Below are positions 61,935 to 64,000 of a DNA stretch of 64,000 nucleotides, piece after piece. Positions within the stretch are counted from its first letter, which is position 1; the number at the start of each line of letters is the position of its first letter. The notes below the pieces were generated by a model. It saw nothing but the letters and a program-made list of their open reading frames with translations, did not search any database and was not told where the DNA came from. The position numbers and the translations under genes were made by a program. This DNA is from Zeaxanthinibacter sp. (GTDB lineage Bacteria > Bacteroidota > Bacteroidia > Flavobacteriales > Flavobacteriaceae): positions 2,107 to 66,106 of the forward strand of contig JBGTMS010000041.1 in assembly GCA_041743425.1 (NCBI GenBank), read 5' to 3'.

Positions 61935-62346
61935 TGGTAAAGGTTTGAATAAAATTACAAAAAGAAAGCACATTTCCATGGGAAGTTTGAATAATGGGAT
62001 GGTTTCCGCCGATCTATTTAAAGATCCGTGGTCTTGCAAGGCCATTTACAGAACCCGGGCAATATCAGGGTAACAGCTTTTAAGTAAGAAATCCGCTGCT
62101 TGCTCCATTATGAGTGTCAGTCTGCCGAATACATCAACAGCTAAGGTGAAGCAATACCCCCTAAAATGCCGAATAACCCCTACATTTATTTGGGATCATT
62201 TCCTAAATTGAAAAATCAATGAGATATTACACCCCGGTATCTGAGTTGAGAAATTAACAAATCACAAATGATTTTGATAATGTTATTCCGTAATGTAATA
62301 CGCAAAGCCTGAAACTGAATAAAATCGATATTCAATAGCAATAAAT

Positions 62347-62874
62347 ATGAAACACCCAGCCAACCCGATCAAACAATTGACCTTTTTTGGAATTCTCTGT
62401 TCCCTGAACTTTGCAGTTCAAGGTTGTAAACAACATGAACACGAAGCAAAGGAGGAAGTTGAAAAAATAACAAAATTAGATACCGAACAACCTGAATATT
62501 TTCTTTTGCGGCCTGAAGTTGAAAAAGCCTTTGGATATTCACATGCAGTAAAAATTGGAAATGAGATTAAAATTTCCGGGGCGGTAAGCATGGACAATGA
62601 AGGAAATCCAACTGCCATTGGTGACATGGAACAGCAGATGAAAAATTGTTATGCCGATCTGGAAAAAATATTAAAATATTACGGGTGTTCATTTGACGAC
62701 GTCATTGTTGAAAATGTGCTGACCACCAATATGCCTTTATTTCTTGAACATGCGAATTATAGAAATACCATTTATAAAAAGCATTTTCCGACCGGCTCCT
62801 GGTTAGGTGTTAAAGAGTTGGCTTTTCCTGAATTTATGATCGAAATAGAATTAGAGGTGCATAAATCCGAATAA
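62347..62874 (+). CDS. RidA/YjgF/UK114-family protein with a lipoprotein signal
   Basis: Lipobox (FAVQGC). The RidA core is YSHAVKIGNEIKISGAVSMDNEGNP...MKNCYADLEKILKYYGCSFDDVIVENVLTTNM...IEIELEV. Confidence 0.8.
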   Translation: MKHPANPIKQLTFFGILCSLNFAVQGCKQHEHEAKEEVEKITKLDTEQPEYFLLRPEVEKAFGYSHAVKIGNEIKISGAVSMDNEGNPTAIGDMEQQMKNCYADLEKILKYYGCSFDDVIVENVLTTNMPLFLEHANYRNTIYKKHFPTGSWLGVKELAFPEFMIEIELEVHKSE

Positions 62875-63195
62875 GTGGTACTAGAACCATTTGTAACTAA
62901 TTAATTGTATAAATACACCGCGCTATATACTCCCTTTAGGCACCTAGTGTTACTGATTAAGAGTTAAACTTCATAATTCCGGACACTCAGGGTAGATTTC
63001 CTATGTCAGCATCAATTTGTCACATATTGTTTACTGAGATCAATTATCTCATATGTTCCCATTTCCTAAATTTTTCTTAGTAATGGGTGGACATTAAGGG
63101 AATCAATCTCTAATCACTTCTTTTTAAGGACCAATAAAAAACTGTAACATTTTCCCTTCGGCCGCGTCCAAATTGTATTATACATAGTTTTAATA

Positions 63196-63639
63196 ATGGA
63201 AATAGCCCAATTTATTCGAAATCTTTTCAGGCCTTCCTCAAAACATAAAGGTGTCTGGCCGATTAATGTTTATGTACTGAAACTATTTTTTTTACTGATG
63301 TTTCTATTTGTAGCCAGGGACGCATGGACGGTACTATTAAATCACAAAGGACATTGGAACCCGGAAATTGCGGTTGCATGGTGCTCAATAGCTGCATATA
63401 CCACCCTTTCCGGATTGGGAATTTTTCACACTTTGAGAATGTTACCCATTATGCTCTTTATGATTTTTTATAAAAGTCTTTGGTTATTTTTTGTGGCCTA
63501 CCCTTTGTGGTCCGGTGGAGCACTTGCAGGATCAGAGGCCGAAGGCTGGGCCCAAACCTTTGGACTGGTGATAATTCCAATCATTTTTACTCCCTGGGTA
63601 TATGTTTTTAAAACCTACATTCTTGGAAGAGCCATGTAA
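63196..63639 (+). CDS. Hypothetical 4-TM membrane protein
   Basis: 147-aa ORF with four hydrophobic helices. I recognise no family. Confidence 0.5.
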   Translation: MEIAQFIRNLFRPSSKHKGVWPINVYVLKLFFLLMFLFVARDAWTVLLNHKGHWNPEIAVAWCSIAAYTTLSGLGIFHTLRMLPIMLFMIFYKSLWLFFVAYPLWSGGALAGSEAEGWAQTFGLVIIPIIFTPWVYVFKTYILGRAM

Positions 63640-63855
63640 TGAAAATCGTCTGCGGAATTGATGACATAGTTTTATGATTTTAATTTTGCCGCTCAAAATC
63701 AATACCATCCACCTAGGTCCAGCATGTTTACTTTTATAAAATATCATTCTCTCATCCTGTAATTTTAAGCCATCTATCGCTACAAAATCAAATTAATACC
63801 TTTGTAGATCTTCATAAAAGATAACCCGGGCAGAGAATAGCATAATCACCAGTCA

Positions 63856-64000
63856 TATGGCAGCCATGAAATCTAAAATCAGTAGTAACAAATCGACACC
63901 AACTTACGACTCAGGTTCAGATAAGTTATATCATGGTACCAAGGTCAATTTTACAGTGGGAGACCTGATCGAACCCGGTTTTAATTCGAATTATGGTAAG
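63856..64000 (+). CDS. arr: NAD(+)--rifampin ADP-ribosyltransferase, 5' fragment (runs off the window)
   Basis: Translation MAAMKSKISSNKSTPTYDSGSDKLYHGTKVNFTVGDLIEPGFNSNYGK contains the Arr N-terminal signature (Y/F)HGTKxxLxxGDLIxPGxxSNYG. It is absent from the ORF track because it is truncated. Confidence 0.6.

Noticed and set aside
62197-62209. The 13-mer CATTTCCTAAATT occurs upstream of both the RidA gene (62197-62209) and the 4-TM gene (63060-63072).
   Set aside because: By rough estimate, several exact 13-mer pairs are expected by chance in a 64-kb window, especially in AT-rich DNA. The flanks do not extend the match.
63035-63051. A short inverted repeat, TGAGAT-caatt-ATCTCA, upstream of the 4-TM gene, along with other 5-6 bp hairpins after several stop codons (for example 35600-35616, 39378-39406, 47909-47929).
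   Set aside because: The stems are only 5-6 bp, mostly AT-rich, and lack convincing U-tracts. They are too weak to call as terminators or operators without transcript data.

Overview
This window reads as a chromosomal segment of a Bacteroidota (Flavobacteriia-like) genome. Supporting signs are a T9SS C-terminal sorting domain, bshC, the pyrG-yidC pairing, many lipoprotein or exported hydrolases, and TAnnTTTG-type -7 boxes upstream of several genes. I can support about 48 protein-coding genes, most of them housekeeping or exported enzymes. Recognisable housekeeping genes are lpd, aroQ, xerD, mnmA, yidC, pyrG, guaA, msrB and bshC. The exported enzymes include GH13, GH31, GH65 and GH140 glycosidases and M14, M20, M28 and S8 peptidases. 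I saw no rRNA, tRNA, CRISPR array, transposase, phage gene or recognisable defence system. Five blocks stand out. (1) A tight glgE-mak-glgB (GlgE pathway) operon, followed by a GH31 fragment at the left edge. (2) A stacked minus-strand array between aroQ and xerD: a 74-aa ORF, a 1585-aa S8/T9SS surface protein, a cyclase with a periplasmic TPR domain, and an HD hydrolase. (3) An M20 amidohydrolase interrupted by a single in-frame TAA. (4) A cluster of a beta-propeller/HEAT/cytochrome-c lipoprotein, a TPR protein, SCO1 and an SMP-30 lactonase. (5) An AT-richer right-hand tail carrying an exported RidA, an unknown membrane protein and the 5' end of a rifampin ADP-ribosyltransferase. I did not find a clear-cut new biological system. 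The most unusual items are hypotheses drawn from gene stacking, peptide repeats and recoding-like signals. Each needs a database, synteny or transcript check that I cannot run here.
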